From positions 635,859 to 699,858 of the forward strand of contig SMSO01000006.1 of assembly GCA_004764695.1 (NCBI GenBank): DNA of 64,000 nucleotides, read 5' to 3'. Every line of letters starts with the position of its first letter. The stretch's first letter is position 1. Origin of the DNA: Schizochytrium sp. TIO01 (Eukaryota > Protista > Bigyra: Labyrinthulomycetes). Positions 35,278 to 46,977 of the stretch are shown in pieces. Position numbers and translations under genes: made by a program. The notes below the pieces were generated by a model. The model was not told where the DNA came from and made no database searches. It saw nothing but the letters and a program-made list of their open reading frames with translations.

Positions 35278-35771
35278 GCCTAAACACATCCCATGTTGTT
35301 ATTACTCACATGGCATACTCCCACAGAACTATGATGGAATCGTTCTGTAAGGCATGATATATGATACTCAGGAGAAAATTTAACAAAGTTAACCAAAGAT
35401 CTGCTTTCATCTTTTTAAACACTTCCCGTGCTTTTGTTTTCGTTTGGATTTTCATTTTCATCTGTTGAAGATTAAGCTTAAAAGACTATGCCAGCGCTAG
35501 TGGTGGTACGTTTCGCAACTGAGGCAGCTACTTCTTCATGAATTGAGAACCCTCAGAGGAGAAGTATCGGGAAATTCATTTGAGATATATCTGTGCTTTA
35601 ACTCAACTCTAGCCCTACCTTTCAGCGCAAAATAGAGTAATTCTTATGTTTTTAATCACAACCAGCGCTCGAATCTTCGAAGATGTAAATGCAAAACAAA
35701 GCCAAAAGAGCTTTATGGAAAGAAAAGCAAATTGAAAATAGCATTTTATGTTTCTTGATCAAACAAAATCT

Positions 35772-37679
35772 CTAGTAGCCAATGGCGAGGCCATCTGCCC
35801 GTCCATCAGAACCGCCACAGAGAACACCTGTTTTTCTGTCCCTGGTGATAATCTGCGCACGACCAAAGAGCATGCGGTGGAATCCAGAAATCGTATATCC
35901 CCCCCGTGGTTTGAACACCTTGTGCCCCATTCGCTCAAGCTGCTCAATAACCTTCGGGTCAAACCCATCCTCAAAAGCAACTTCGCCGTTCGCCTCGCCA
36001 TCGCATATTACAAAACGAGGCATGTCTATTGCAGTTTGAGGATCGAAACCATAGTCGAGCATGTTAACCATAAGCTGCACATGAGCCGGTGCTTGAGCAA
36101 AGCCACCCATGTTGGTAAAAGAGCAAAAGAGCTCTTTAGTGTCATGATGCAGCGCCAAAGCAGGGATGATAGTGTGGTATGGACGCTTGCGAGGAGCCGC
36201 AGCGTTTGGGTGGCCAGGTTCTAAAGAAAAATTCCCTCCTCGGTTTTGTAGAGTAAAACCACAACCTTTAGGAACAATTCCACTTCCAAAACCTTCATAG
36301 TTCGAGTTGACCATTGAAACAGCGTTACCCATTCCGTCAATGACCTCTGTGTGTTTACGCGTTAACCATTCACCTCGTATCATAATAGTCATAGTTATAG
36401 TAATAGCAACAGCGATATAAATGTCGATTAAATAAAAATACCAAAGCAAAGCGAAACCCAAAACGGTCATGTTAGTTATCCGCTCCACTAGTACAGAGCT
36501 TGTCATAGGAAAAGAAACAATGCAAAAATTTCAAGACAGAACATGTGTACACGTACGGAAGGAAACAGTATCACAGCTTGAGACTGGTGTACCATACTTG
36601 ACATCCGCAACTGGAATATCCGGGTTGAAAGCACTCATACGAATATCAGCATAGTTAGACTCAATAAGCTCCTGTGTAGGAACATCCACTACATCAGGGT
36701 CAGCAACAAACTGGCGAGCATCAGCAAATGCAAATCGCATACTTTCAACAAGTAAATGAAGGTGGTCTTTAGAACCGTGTGGCATTGTTGTGGGGTCTAC
36801 TCCACAGCCGCGTCGTTTTGCAGCGCTGAGCAGGTTAAGACCCATGAGAGCAGCAATTCCTTGACCACTGGGAGGGACCTCAAGAATGTCCATGTCCCCA
36901 TACCTCACACAAATTGGCTCAGGGAACGTGCTGAAGTGCTCTGCAAGATCATCCTCAGTAATCGTAGATCCCATTTCGTGTAAGATCTCGCAAATTGCTT
37001 TCCCTGCTCGTCCTTTATAGAAAGCGTCCTTGCCACCAGCTCCCAGTTCCCGCATTGTCTTTGCCAAGCCAGGATTTCTGAAGATCTCCCCAGCTCGGGG
37101 TGGGCGCGCCTCTCCAGAGATCTCGTCTTGCACAAGCATTTCCCCACGTGTTTCCTGAGGCCTGAGCTGACCCTGAAGATGGGCCCATTGCATTGCTGTG
37201 AGACCAGACACTGGAAACCCCTCCTCAGCAAGCTTGGCAGCAGGCTCTAACACATCTGAGAGACTCAGTGAGCCCCATTTCTCCATAGCATCAGCCCACC
37301 CAGCAGCTGTCCCAGGTACAGTGACACAGTGTACGCTTTCGTGTGGTAGGTATTTAGATCCTGCAGGTGCTGCTTCAATGGCCTTTTCAAGTGTCAGCCC
37401 TGATGGAGACCTTCCGGATCCATTTAAGGCATGCACTTTTTTCGAAGAGGCTTCGAAAAATAGTAAAAAGCAGTCTCCACCGAGCCCTGTCGAGCAGGGC
37501 TCAGTCACGTTGAGTGCAGCTGCGATTGCAATCGCGGCGTCGACAGCATTGCCACCATCCCTTAACACCTGGAGGCCCACGGAGCTTGCCAGCGGCTGCG
37601 AACTGGCGACCATGCCATGGCGAGCATATACAGCAGACCTTCGCGAGCGAAAGTGGACGTCGGGGGTCATAGATGTCAT
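35772..37679 (-). CDS. GGT: Gamma-glutamyltranspeptidase family (Ntn hydrolase, YwrD-like), 2 exons, 565 aa
   Basis: Exon 1 is 37679-36557; a 210-nt GTACGT...ACAG intron spans 36556-36347; exon 2 is 36346-35772. The splice restores DTVSFQVIDGMGNAVSMVNSNYEGFGSG (nucleophile Thr). Other motifs: GGNAVDAAIA, EPCSTGLGGD, RKRPYHTIIP, GSDGRADG. Confidence 0.92.
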
Positions 37680-40383
37680 TCGGGTGCAAATTTGAAGCAG
37701 TCCTTCCGGTCAAGTTCGAGTTATGAATAATTCTGAAAGATCGCCTTTTTGAAAAAATTTCATTTGTTAATTTAATTATTATTTTTAATAATATATATAT
37801 ATATACATGTGCCACATAGTTTAATTTTATTTTTAATAAAAATCATTGCTCTCTTTTTTTAAATAGTCTACTACGGCACTCTTGCTACCTACATTGTAAT
37901 TTACAAAAGGTGTATGCCAAACCATCTGGCGATGTGAATTCGTGATTCTCCAAGTTGATGTTCCTTTGAATTTAAAAAATAAATAAAAATCTCGAGAAGC
38001 GTAGTTTTCATTTCCATTCAATCTTTTGCAATACTACAATTATGTAGTACTAGTACAGAACTTCTAGTTTCCAACTTTTGTTACTTTTCACCTTCATAGT
38101 ATCTAGATACCTATCTATCCTCCTTCTAAAGCTCAGATTCGCTTTCAACAGAAACTGCGCAATCTGCTGCCAGAATGGCGAATTTTAGGCAATCTCGGCC
38201 GATGCTAGGAAGCGAGTTGAACCAGACTTAGATGGAACTGATAGCAACCAAATCATAGGGAAGCTGGCAGCATTCAATACTTTAAAAACTAGTAAATTTC
38301 GTAAGCGTAGGTAGGTAGTTTTTAAAGAAGGTTCTAGGGAACACCAAACCTCCCAGGTCAGAACGGCTGAAGACATTCTTGCTTATTAACATCATATCGG
38401 GATTCTGCAGTCTCCGCACATGAAGAACACTAAATGGCGCTCTGGACGCCGATGCGTACTACGTCGCAGTTCATCCTTTGCCCTCGAAATCGGGGTATCG
38501 GGTAGTGCAGACTATTTTCAAGAATAATGCTGTCCTGTGATCAATCTTCTCCTTTAACAAAAGGCAGATTAGTTTCGTGAGTGGATCCAAATGCACCATT
38601 CAGTTGCGTCATGGCATTTTAAGATAAAGATTGAGTTCTGATGGAAGCACGTATGGGGGTCTTAACAGCTTACTTAGTCACATAGTTGCTTTCACGTGGA
38701 TTGAGTAGAGAAAGTGAATGTATAACTACACCTGATTGATTCAGCCTCAGCCGAAGCGCACGGATGCTGCGAATCGATTTATGAATGAGTCTGATGCATT
38801 CATACCTGACACTTATAGATATTATGAAGAATGCTTTGATTTGATGCTTCTTCTCTGTAGACAGCAAATGAAACCAGGACTCTCGAAGCAAAGCATTCTG
38901 AAAAGCAACCTACAGTCATCGGTTTAAAAGTTCTCTCCTTATACAGAAGCAATGACTTCGGGAAATTGCCAAAGTCGGATTGTCTAGAATGAACAAGTAC
39001 CGTCATCATGGGGATTTAGGAATGGAACGCGTTTAGCAGACCAACACTACCCAATATTCTGGTATTCGCACTAAGACCAACATCCTCGATTGATAGGCTG
39101 TATTCACTGTGGTGCGTCAAGAGATCTCCGAGACATGACACAGTGTATTGGAATACAAACTTTCATGGCAAACGCCCCAAGAAGGTGCAAATATACAGCA
39201 GTATGGACGTCTTGCCTTTGTTTATATACTCATATCTAACCATTACTCATCTCTAACCACAGGCTTCCGAGACATTTCCTAAGTATAGCATAAACAGGAA
39301 AGCCAACATATTTGCAGATATAGACCTGCAAATCGCGTCCTGCAATCCCTGTCAGTAATCTCGCTCCATTCGGTGAGGTGTCACAGATTGCTCCCATACA
39401 CGTCTCCTAATATTTAGAAGAGAAAATATAATAAAGTATAAATATTACGTAGAAACAGGTCGAACACTTTATATTATTGTAAACTCCGACCTTCTTCCTG
39501 CAAAGCTACCCTATCTAGCCAGATACCATGGGGCTTGGCTTGTACGGATTGTAGTATCTCAGGTCATCTCATGCTAGTTTGAGTCTTGCTTTGCATTTAT
39601 TGGTAGCACAGGTTCAGATTGATCCAAGATGGAGACGAGAAATAAAAAGATCCGTTGAAACCCCTGACAAAGTGCGCACGGACGAAAATGGATCAGCGAA
39701 AGAAATGAGGACCCCCCTTTTCCTTATTGAAGAGACGTCAGTGGGGATGTGCGACCATCATCAAGGCGTTCATTTGTGCAGAGCTGGGGTGCAACGAGGA
39801 GGACAGTTCCGGCTAAGCCTCTGCTGCTGCTGCACTTCGATTATTAGTGTTTTCCTAGTTGAGCAAATAGTCGTTTACTCACTCTAATGCCTTATTTAAG
39901 CAGGGCGATATAGAGAGCGCCGCTCCAGAAAGCCAAGCCATCGAGGACGCTCTTTATTTCGAGTGTGACTCTACTTGAAAGCAGTCGGCGTATATATAAT
40001 ACAAGTCGTTTGACAGGAAGTTTTATAGCGCAGCGTAGTTGGTTGCACAACCAAGTTCGCCGCATACTTCATATCTTTCGTGAATAACAGGAAGGTCTCG
40101 TCAAACTATTGAAGTGTGACTATAAATTAATGAGAGGTGCTGGTGCGTACTAGATCGAAGAGGATTTTGCGTAGTGCCAACCCAAAAACAAATCTGCTTG
40201 CTGCAAAGGCGACAGCGAAGCTCGGCAGGGCACTGAAGGCTTGTCAGGAGAGTTCCAGACGCGAACTCTTAGCAGCAAAACACGGGCACAGTAATCTTGT
40301 TGGATATTTAAGTAGAGCAAGGGTTCTTTAGACTGTAGAATAGAATCACAACTTCTGCAGCAAACCCGAAACGACGAGGCAAA

Positions 40384-41958
40384 ATGCAAAACAACAAAAA
40401 GATGAGGCGCAAATGGTCGAGTCTCTTTCGCCGGGTGGTGCACAGGCTGGGATTTGCAGATGGCCAAGAGGTCGCCGTCCCAGGGCCTGGTAAGACAGGA
40501 GCTACATTGAGCTCCAGAGCCAACCAACACAAGACAGCACAGAAAGAGAATGAGAGGGAACCCCGTTGTGAAGCAGAAAATGCTATTGAGGAACAAGAGT
40601 GTGACGCATCTGCGCATTCTGACACGATTTTGAGTGATGCCACGCCTTCTACATCTTCGTCAAAAGAAGCAGCCGTAGCTCCACCAAAGGTTGTCGATGA
40701 AAACCAACATAAACAAAAACAAAATCAACACCAGAACGATTATTCCGCAGCGGGTACACACGATTATGAAGATATGGACTCACAGTCGGGCGGGAATCAA
40801 CTTCAGGACCGCTCCCCGATTGATGCTACAATGGACCCGAGGTCTGCAATGTTTGCTCAAGAGCGACGCAATGAGCAGCTCCTCCGTAAGTTTCAGTCAA
40901 AAGGAACCTTAGAGAGCAAGTATGAAGTTCTTGATGACATTCTTGGTTCGGGCCAGTTTGCTGTGGTGAAAGCTTGTCGCGAGAGACGAACTGGGCGCTT
41001 GCGTGCAGTTAAATTTGTAGAGCGCAAGCGAACTTCTGCAGAGCGTCTTCTGCTCGAGATTGACATTCTTCTTCGTGTCAAGGGCCATCCAAACATCGTG
41101 GGCCTGTTCGATGTGTTCCTCACTGAAGATGAAGTGCAATTGGTAATGGAATACGTTCCAGGAGGCGAGCTTTTTGAACATTTAGTAAGCAATGGTCCAT
41201 ATTCTGAAGCGGAAGCTGCGCGCCATATGCGAAGAATTGCCTCTGCGGTTGAGCATCTGCATCGTCACAATATTGTGCACCGTGATTTGAAACCGGAAAA
41301 TCTTCTTCTCACTTCTCACAATCCGGTATATGCTGATGTCAAGGTGGCAGATTTTGGACTTGCACGAATGTACACGGAAAGTGCTATGCAAACGATATGC
41401 GGAACGTGGGCCTACGCAGCACCCGAAGTCCGCAATGACCCTGTAGGCTATGGTCCTAAAGTTGATGTCTGGAGCATGGGGGTTATTCTCTATGTACTTC
41501 TGGTGGCCTTCCATCCATTTGATCCGCGTGGAAACCTCTCAGAGGATGAACTGTGGCATCGTATTGAGAATGGTATGTTTGATTTTCGCGAGAAGGCATG
41601 GAAAAACATCTCCGAAGAAGCAAAGGACCTCATTGATCGCATGCTCGTTATTGACCCGAAGAAACGCCTCTCTGCAGCGGAGGTACTAGCCCACCCATGG
41701 CTTTGCGACTGTGAACAGCCACTGTTTCCTCTCTCCCCAAATATTAATACTGATTTGGCAGCCTTGCGCGCACGATATGCACGACGCAAATTCGCAGGTA
41801 CATCTAAGGCTGTTTGGGCGCACGCTGCGTTTCTTAACATCCAAACAAACTCAAAGCCAAAGCAAGATCAAACTGCCATTTGTAATGAGGAGAAGGAACA
41901 GCCCACTGCTGACCACGATGTGCTCTTGGCATTGTCTGCACGCGCACATACTACCTAA
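40384..41958 (+). CDS. Ca2+/calmodulin-dependent (CAMK group, CaMKI-like) Ser/Thr kinase, 524 aa
   Basis: LGSGQFAVV, AVK, HRDLKPEN, DFG, TICGTWAYAAPE, DVWSMG and HPW, then an ARRKFAG CaM-binding-like helix. Confidence 0.93.
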   Translation: MQNNKKMRRKWSSLFRRVVHRLGFADGQEVAVPGPGKTGATLSSRANQHKTAQKENEREPRCEAENAIEEQECDASAHSDTILSDATPSTSSSKEAAVAPPKVVDENQHKQKQNQHQNDYSAAGTHDYEDMDSQSGGNQLQDRSPIDATMDPRSAMFAQERRNEQLLRKFQSKGTLESKYEVLDDILGSGQFAVVKACRERRTGRLRAVKFVERKRTSAERLLLEIDILLRVKGHPNIVGLFDVFLTEDEVQLVMEYVPGGELFEHLVSNGPYSEAEAARHMRRIASAVEHLHRHNIVHRDLKPENLLLTSHNPVYADVKVADFGLARMYTESAMQTICGTWAYAAPEVRNDPVGYGPKVDVWSMGVILYVLLVAFHPFDPRGNLSEDELWHRIENGMFDFREKAWKNISEEAKDLIDRMLVIDPKKRLSAAEVLAHPWLCDCEQPLFPLSPNINTDLAALRARYARRKFAGTSKAVWAHAAFLNIQTNSKPKQDQTAICNEEKEQPTADHDVLLALSARAHTT

Positions 41959-42305
41959 ACAAGATAAAAAAATATATATATATTTTTAATCCATCCGATT
42001 TGTATGACGCATGCAAGTAAGCAGTCAAATGCAACAAGCAAAACTACTAACACAACAGGTATTTACTAAATATGAAATTTCTTTCCTTTCATTTTCTGCC
42101 TCTCCCTGATAAAGGACTGTTCTCTACGCTGGAAGGCTCTATATTGCTATTTGATTCTTCGAATATATTGGTCTTATTTGCTCCAATCAAATCTGATTTG
42201 GGTTCGCAGTGTTGAGCAATGAAGAAAATCACTAAAATTACAAATCGCATGTCAAATGACACGTTTTAAGAAAAAAGAATCTGAGCTACATGACCCAGAC
42301 TCAAT

Positions 42306-43448
42306 TCACGAAGACTTGGCTGTTGTAGATTGTCTCGGCGCATACTTGGGGTCTTTGCGCAACAGCTGAAGACCACCAGCAAGAATAGGTAAAAGTGCGG
42401 GAACTAGAAAGGGCATGAAGACGGCAAAGTAGTGTTCAGGAGGGTTGTAGAGCTGCGGAATAAGTGTTGGGTCAAAGAAGGCTGCCTCAGCAAGCACAAG
42501 GGCCTCTCGCGCTTGGGAGAGGCATTCGTCTGAGACACCAAGACTATATGAAACGGTGGTCTGGCACGCTTCTAGTGCTTGCTCGATAACCCGGGTCGCG
42601 TTTTCAAATGTTGCTGCCACACTTGGAACAATTGTCAAGTGCTCCGAACTTTGCACATATTCACTCAGCGAGCTAAGTGTCTCGGTCGCCGAGATAAGAT
42701 ATGCAAAAGCTCGACTTGTGCGCTCCTGTGATGTGATGGTAACCCCTGTTTTGGCACCAAGACCAAGGGCTTTGCGAATAAACTCCTCAAAAATAGTCAT
42801 GGTCTGTGCTAGATCAACAGCCGTGATAGCTTTCGTGGCCTTTGCGGATGTCTGTAAGATACTCACCCCACCCCAGCGTGGGACATAGAATGCTGTCACA
42901 AGAGTACTATCTTCGTCTTTGATGTGCATTTTATCTACTCCAGGAAGGTATGCCATCAGGTGCACAACGGATTCGCGGCCAGTTTCTAGCAATGGTTCTG
43001 CATTCCAGTCATTCGCACTCATAAAGGGCTCCAAGTCTGCAACTGTCAGCTCACTGGATTTTTGTGAGGCATTTTTTGAGATCTTGGAGAAGTACAAGAC
43101 CTGTGATGTATGTCTGATTGCAGCAAGTGGTTGAATTTGGCTCAGAAATCCATCAAGATATTCATGAAGAGCAGTTTCAAGATCCCATTCTACCACACCC
43201 GATGCACTCTCATCTACGATTAGCGCAAATGACAGAGTATATGCAGAGTCTGCCTTGGCTACTCGAACATTACGCCCCCCACGTACGTTTGCTGCTTCGG
43301 TTACGGCTTTTCGAAGTTGTTGCGCTCTTCCGTGAGCCAAATCAAAGCTTGCTGGCACTGCCAATTCTAACGCTCGTGGGCCAACGAGAACACAACCTGC
43401 TACTGCAAGGACTAGGCAGGCCAGCCTCCACCCACGCACGGAGGCCAT
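42306..43448 (-). CDS. PIGS: GPI transamidase component PIG-S (compact, about 380 aa)
   Basis: N-terminal TM, SQVLYF, FYVPRWGGV and AEAAFFDPTLIPQLYNPPEHYFAVFMPFLVPALLP followed by a C-terminal TM. First ATG at 43448 (MASVRGW). Confidence 0.85.
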   Translation of the reverse strand: MASVRGWRLACLVLAVAGCVLVGPRALELAVPASFDLAHGRAQQLRKAVTEAANVRGGRNVRVAKADSAYTLSFALIVDESASGVVEWDLETALHEYLDGFLSQIQPLAAIRHTSQVLYFSKISKNASQKSSELTVADLEPFMSANDWNAEPLLETGRESVVHLMAYLPGVDKMHIKDEDSTLVTAFYVPRWGGVSILQTSAKATKAITAVDLAQTMTIFEEFIRKALGLGAKTGVTITSQERTSRAFAYLISATETLSSLSEYVQSSEHLTIVPSVAATFENATRVIEQALEACQTTVSYSLGVSDECLSQAREALVLAEAAFFDPTLIPQLYNPPEHYFAVFMPFLVPALLPILAGGLQLLRKDPKYAPRQSTTAKSS

Positions 43449-44396
43449 CCTACAACCAATCTGCTTAGGGTCCCGCAGCAACGCGGATTCCCATTCTCGC
43501 TTTGCTTATCGTCACTTCAAGGCTTGCTCTCTAGCTAGATGTCTCGTTGAACAAATTGAACTTGAATGACTTACTATCATTATTGCCTATTTATAAATAA
43601 ATTTATAAATTTAGATGAGATATAATCAAATTAAATAATACTGTTTTACACAGACCTAAGCTGGGAGACCATAATCATAATACCCAAGGTAACTCACCTC
43701 ATGGCTAATGCCTCAAGTTAGTTTTGGTCTAAACTCTTGGCTTGGGCATAGCTTAATTCTCTTGCAATCAGAGCCTCGGGCACTCATCCGTCTAGACGCG
43801 CCAAGTAAGTTCTAGAACTGCAGGTTCTACTTGTGCGAAGAAGAGAATGATGGGAGAGTAGTTTTGTTTAGCAGTAGTAGGCCCTTTAGTAGGTAGTTTT
43901 ATTGTTTTTGAGTCAGTCAGCGAAGCCCATGAACTTCTACATTAGTTCGAGCTTTTGTATCCTTTTGCTGCAAGCAAATCCCAATCTCTCATCCGTGTCT
44001 GACGGACTGGTCGTCAGGCGGACAGAGGAATCAACGAGTAAGTATGCAAGAAGGCGAGTACGCGAGCAGGCAAGTAAAGATATACGCTAGCGAATAGAGA
44101 ATGAGCCTGATTATCTGTGCACGTTGCCTGGACGTTTTCCGATGGACCAAAGTCGTCGTGAACTTGACGTGGCGTTATCGTCATATGGTCAAAGCAATCT
44201 CCAGAGGCTCCTCGAGCTCTGTCTCTGCGGTTCCTGCGATGAAAAATTCCGATCATAATTTGGACAGAACACTGACTTTTAACCCCGCCGCTTTTTCAAA
44301 TATCACAGGAACAAAGATCGAAAAGCGATTATTCGCTACTACGCAACACCCGATTCAGGCGAAGCTCGCGTATTCTGCATATTTCAATTTTAAAAG

Positions 44397-46652
44397 ATGT
44401 CGACGTGCAAGGCCACCGATGATTTTTACCAATGGGTGAACGACTCTTGGTTGAGTGACCCCAGTGTCAAGATCCCGGACGATTATCCTCGCTGGGGCAG
44501 TTTCCTTATGCTTGTTGAAGACGGCATCCAGGGCCAAATTGGCATCCTTCAGCAACTCAGCGATGCTCTTGATAAGGATGAATCGTCATTGAGTATCGAA
44601 GAGAAGAAGCTCGCTCTTATTTGGAAGGCTTCTATGGAACGCTTCGCAGACTGGGATTCTGGCAAGGGTGACTACACTGCCGCCGAGACCGAGCTTGATG
44701 CTCTTAACAAAGCTATCGGCCCGTCTGCAGTTTCTTCCGACGATGGTTTTGTGCACAAGTTTGCAGAATACATCGCACGTTGCCAAGAACTTGGCATTGG
44801 AAGCCCTCTTGATCTTGACAAGGGCGCGAACATGGAGGCTAGTGATCATGAGATTCTCGATCTCTCTCCGAGCGGCCTCTCACTGCCTTCTCGCGCATAC
44901 TACCTCGACGATAATTTTGCCGAGCAGCGCCAATGGTATCGCGAGCATTTGGATCGTGTAAGCAAGATGATTGGTGAGGATAAGCTCCAGGACGACTTCG
45001 TGGAGCGAGTAATTCGCTTTGAGACCAAGCTTGCACAGATCTCTATGAAACGTGATCAGGCCCGTCAGTACGATCAGTACTATACCATCACCACGCTCGA
45101 CGAGGTCGCCCCCAAGCTTGATGAACTGCGCCACCTTGCAGCCAAGGAGGCCAATTATGCCGAGAACAAGGCTCTTGCCGGCGACGAGGATGTTCTTACG
45201 GAGGCTAAAGTAAGCATCTCCGATGTCGAAAAGGAGAAGATTGCTGACTTTCTCGAGACCATTGTGCAGGCTATGGGACTTCGCGAAACAATGGTGGCAA
45301 ACTACCGCAAGAACTACCCCGATGCTAGCGAAGAGGAGACTAAACTTGCTCAGTACCGCCTCACTGTGTATGACGGAGACTACTTTCGCAGGGTCTTCAA
45401 GCTCATCTTTCGCGAAGCCAACCATGACGATATTCGCGCATACATGCAATATAAGGCCATCCGTTCGGCTTCCGGATACTGCACTAAGGAACTCGACGAG
45501 GAGTTCTTTGACTTCGCGTCGCGGAAGCTTCGAGGACAGAAGGCACAGAAGACATCCGAGAAACGCACTGTGAACTTGGTGAACTCGTGGGTAGATATGC
45601 TAATGGGCAAGGTGTTTGTGGAGCACTTCTTTTCGGAGAAGGATAAGGAAATTATCTTGGATATGATCGGAGATGTGGTTAAGGTAATGGAGGCGTCGGT
45701 GAAACGCAATGACTGGCTCGCGGAGGAGACCAAGAAGCGGGCGCTTGAGAAGCTTGAGAGATTTCGAAGCATGATTGGGTACCCGGACAAATGGAAGGAT
45801 TACAGCGATCTTAACTTTGATGCAAGCGACTCTCTTTTTGAAATGCGGCAGAAGGTCATGGCGTTTGAGTACCAGGTAGAGTTCTTGGACAAGATCAATG
45901 GGCTAAAGGACAAGACCAAGTGGGAGATGCCCCCAAGCATGGTTAACGCATACTTTCACCCGCAGCAGAACGTGATTGTGTTTCCTGCTGCGATCATCCA
46001 GCCCCCATTCTATTCCCGCACTATGGACGACCTGCAATTTAGCCTCCCGGCGCGCCTTCAGGACACTAAGAGTGATGGAGAGCAGGAACTCATCCTCCGT
46101 GCTGCCAACTCAGGTGGCATCATTGCTGTCATCGCTCATGAAATTAGCCATGGTTATGATGATCAGGGCCGCAAGTTTGATGCAGATGGCAACATGAATG
46201 ACTGGTGGACGGAGAAGGATGCTGACCTCTTCACTGCCAAGACTCACATCATGTCCGAGCAGGTGGAAGAGTATGTTTTTGTGGACGGAGAAGGCTCTGA
46301 CCGTAAGGAGCACAAGATGTCGGCCGAGCTAACCATGGGCGAGAACCTTGCTGATCTTGGCGGTCTCTCTCTTGGTCTTCAGGCCTTCTTGCAGCACCTT
46401 GATGAGCAGGGCGTTACGGAGGAAGAATTGCGAATGGCGCTCTGTGATGTCTTCTTCCGCTCATGGGCCAACATCTGGAAGTCCAAGCAGAGTACCCAGT
46501 TCGCAGTTCAGGCACTTGCAACTGATCCTCACGCCCCACCCCACTTCCGCGGCAACCTCTGCAAGAACATTGATATGTTTCATGAGATCTACGGTACCAA
46601 GCCTGGTGATGGCATGTACTTGCCGCCTGAAAAGCGCCTCGTCATGTGGTAA
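44397..46652 (+). CDS. M13 family zinc metallo-endopeptidase (neprilysin/PepO-like), 751 aa
   Basis: DDFYQWVNDSWL, IGYPDKW, VNAYFHP, IVFPAAIIQPPF, HEISH zinc motif, GENLADLGG, DPHAP and terminal W. Confidence 0.95.
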   Translation: MSTCKATDDFYQWVNDSWLSDPSVKIPDDYPRWGSFLMLVEDGIQGQIGILQQLSDALDKDESSLSIEEKKLALIWKASMERFADWDSGKGDYTAAETELDALNKAIGPSAVSSDDGFVHKFAEYIARCQELGIGSPLDLDKGANMEASDHEILDLSPSGLSLPSRAYYLDDNFAEQRQWYREHLDRVSKMIGEDKLQDDFVERVIRFETKLAQISMKRDQARQYDQYYTITTLDEVAPKLDELRHLAAKEANYAENKALAGDEDVLTEAKVSISDVEKEKIADFLETIVQAMGLRETMVANYRKNYPDASEEETKLAQYRLTVYDGDYFRRVFKLIFREANHDDIRAYMQYKAIRSASGYCTKELDEEFFDFASRKLRGQKAQKTSEKRTVNLVNSWVDMLMGKVFVEHFFSEKDKEIILDMIGDVVKVMEASVKRNDWLAEETKKRALEKLERFRSMIGYPDKWKDYSDLNFDASDSLFEMRQKVMAFEYQVEFLDKINGLKDKTKWEMPPSMVNAYFHPQQNVIVFPAAIIQPPFYSRTMDDLQFSLPARLQDTKSDGEQELILRAANSGGIIAVIAHEISHGYDDQGRKFDADGNMNDWWTEKDADLFTAKTHIMSEQVEEYVFVDGEGSDRKEHKMSAELTMGENLADLGGLSLGLQAFLQHLDEQGVTEEELRMALCDVFFRSWANIWKSKQSTQFAVQALATDPHAPPHFRGNLCKNIDMFHEIYGTKPGDGMYLPPEKRLVMW

Positions 46653-46977
46653 GCAATCAGTATATACAAATATCGACAAATATTCTATTCTTCTATCGTT
46701 TAAATCATTCACTTTCCTCTCTTCTTTTTCATATCACACATGACTAGTTTCTGATGAACACATTGAATGGCCCTACTTCATATAATCTTGAAAACATACC
46801 CTGCAGTGAATAGAGCAAAGGAGCAAGCTTGCAATTGTATTGTGAAAATATGATACCTTGTCTGTTACGGACGAGCACGATAACGGTGGCAAAGAACGCC
46901 TGTCAGGTGGTACACTAGAGTCCTTGACTTTGTGCACTCTCCCCGATCTTCAATTATGTTTTGTTCATCTAAGATCT

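Noticed and set aside
36347-36506. Hydrophobic N-terminus (MTSSVLVER...) of the 244-aa ORF as a separate membrane protein
   Set aside because: It is translated intron; the ORF is exon 2 of the GGT gene.
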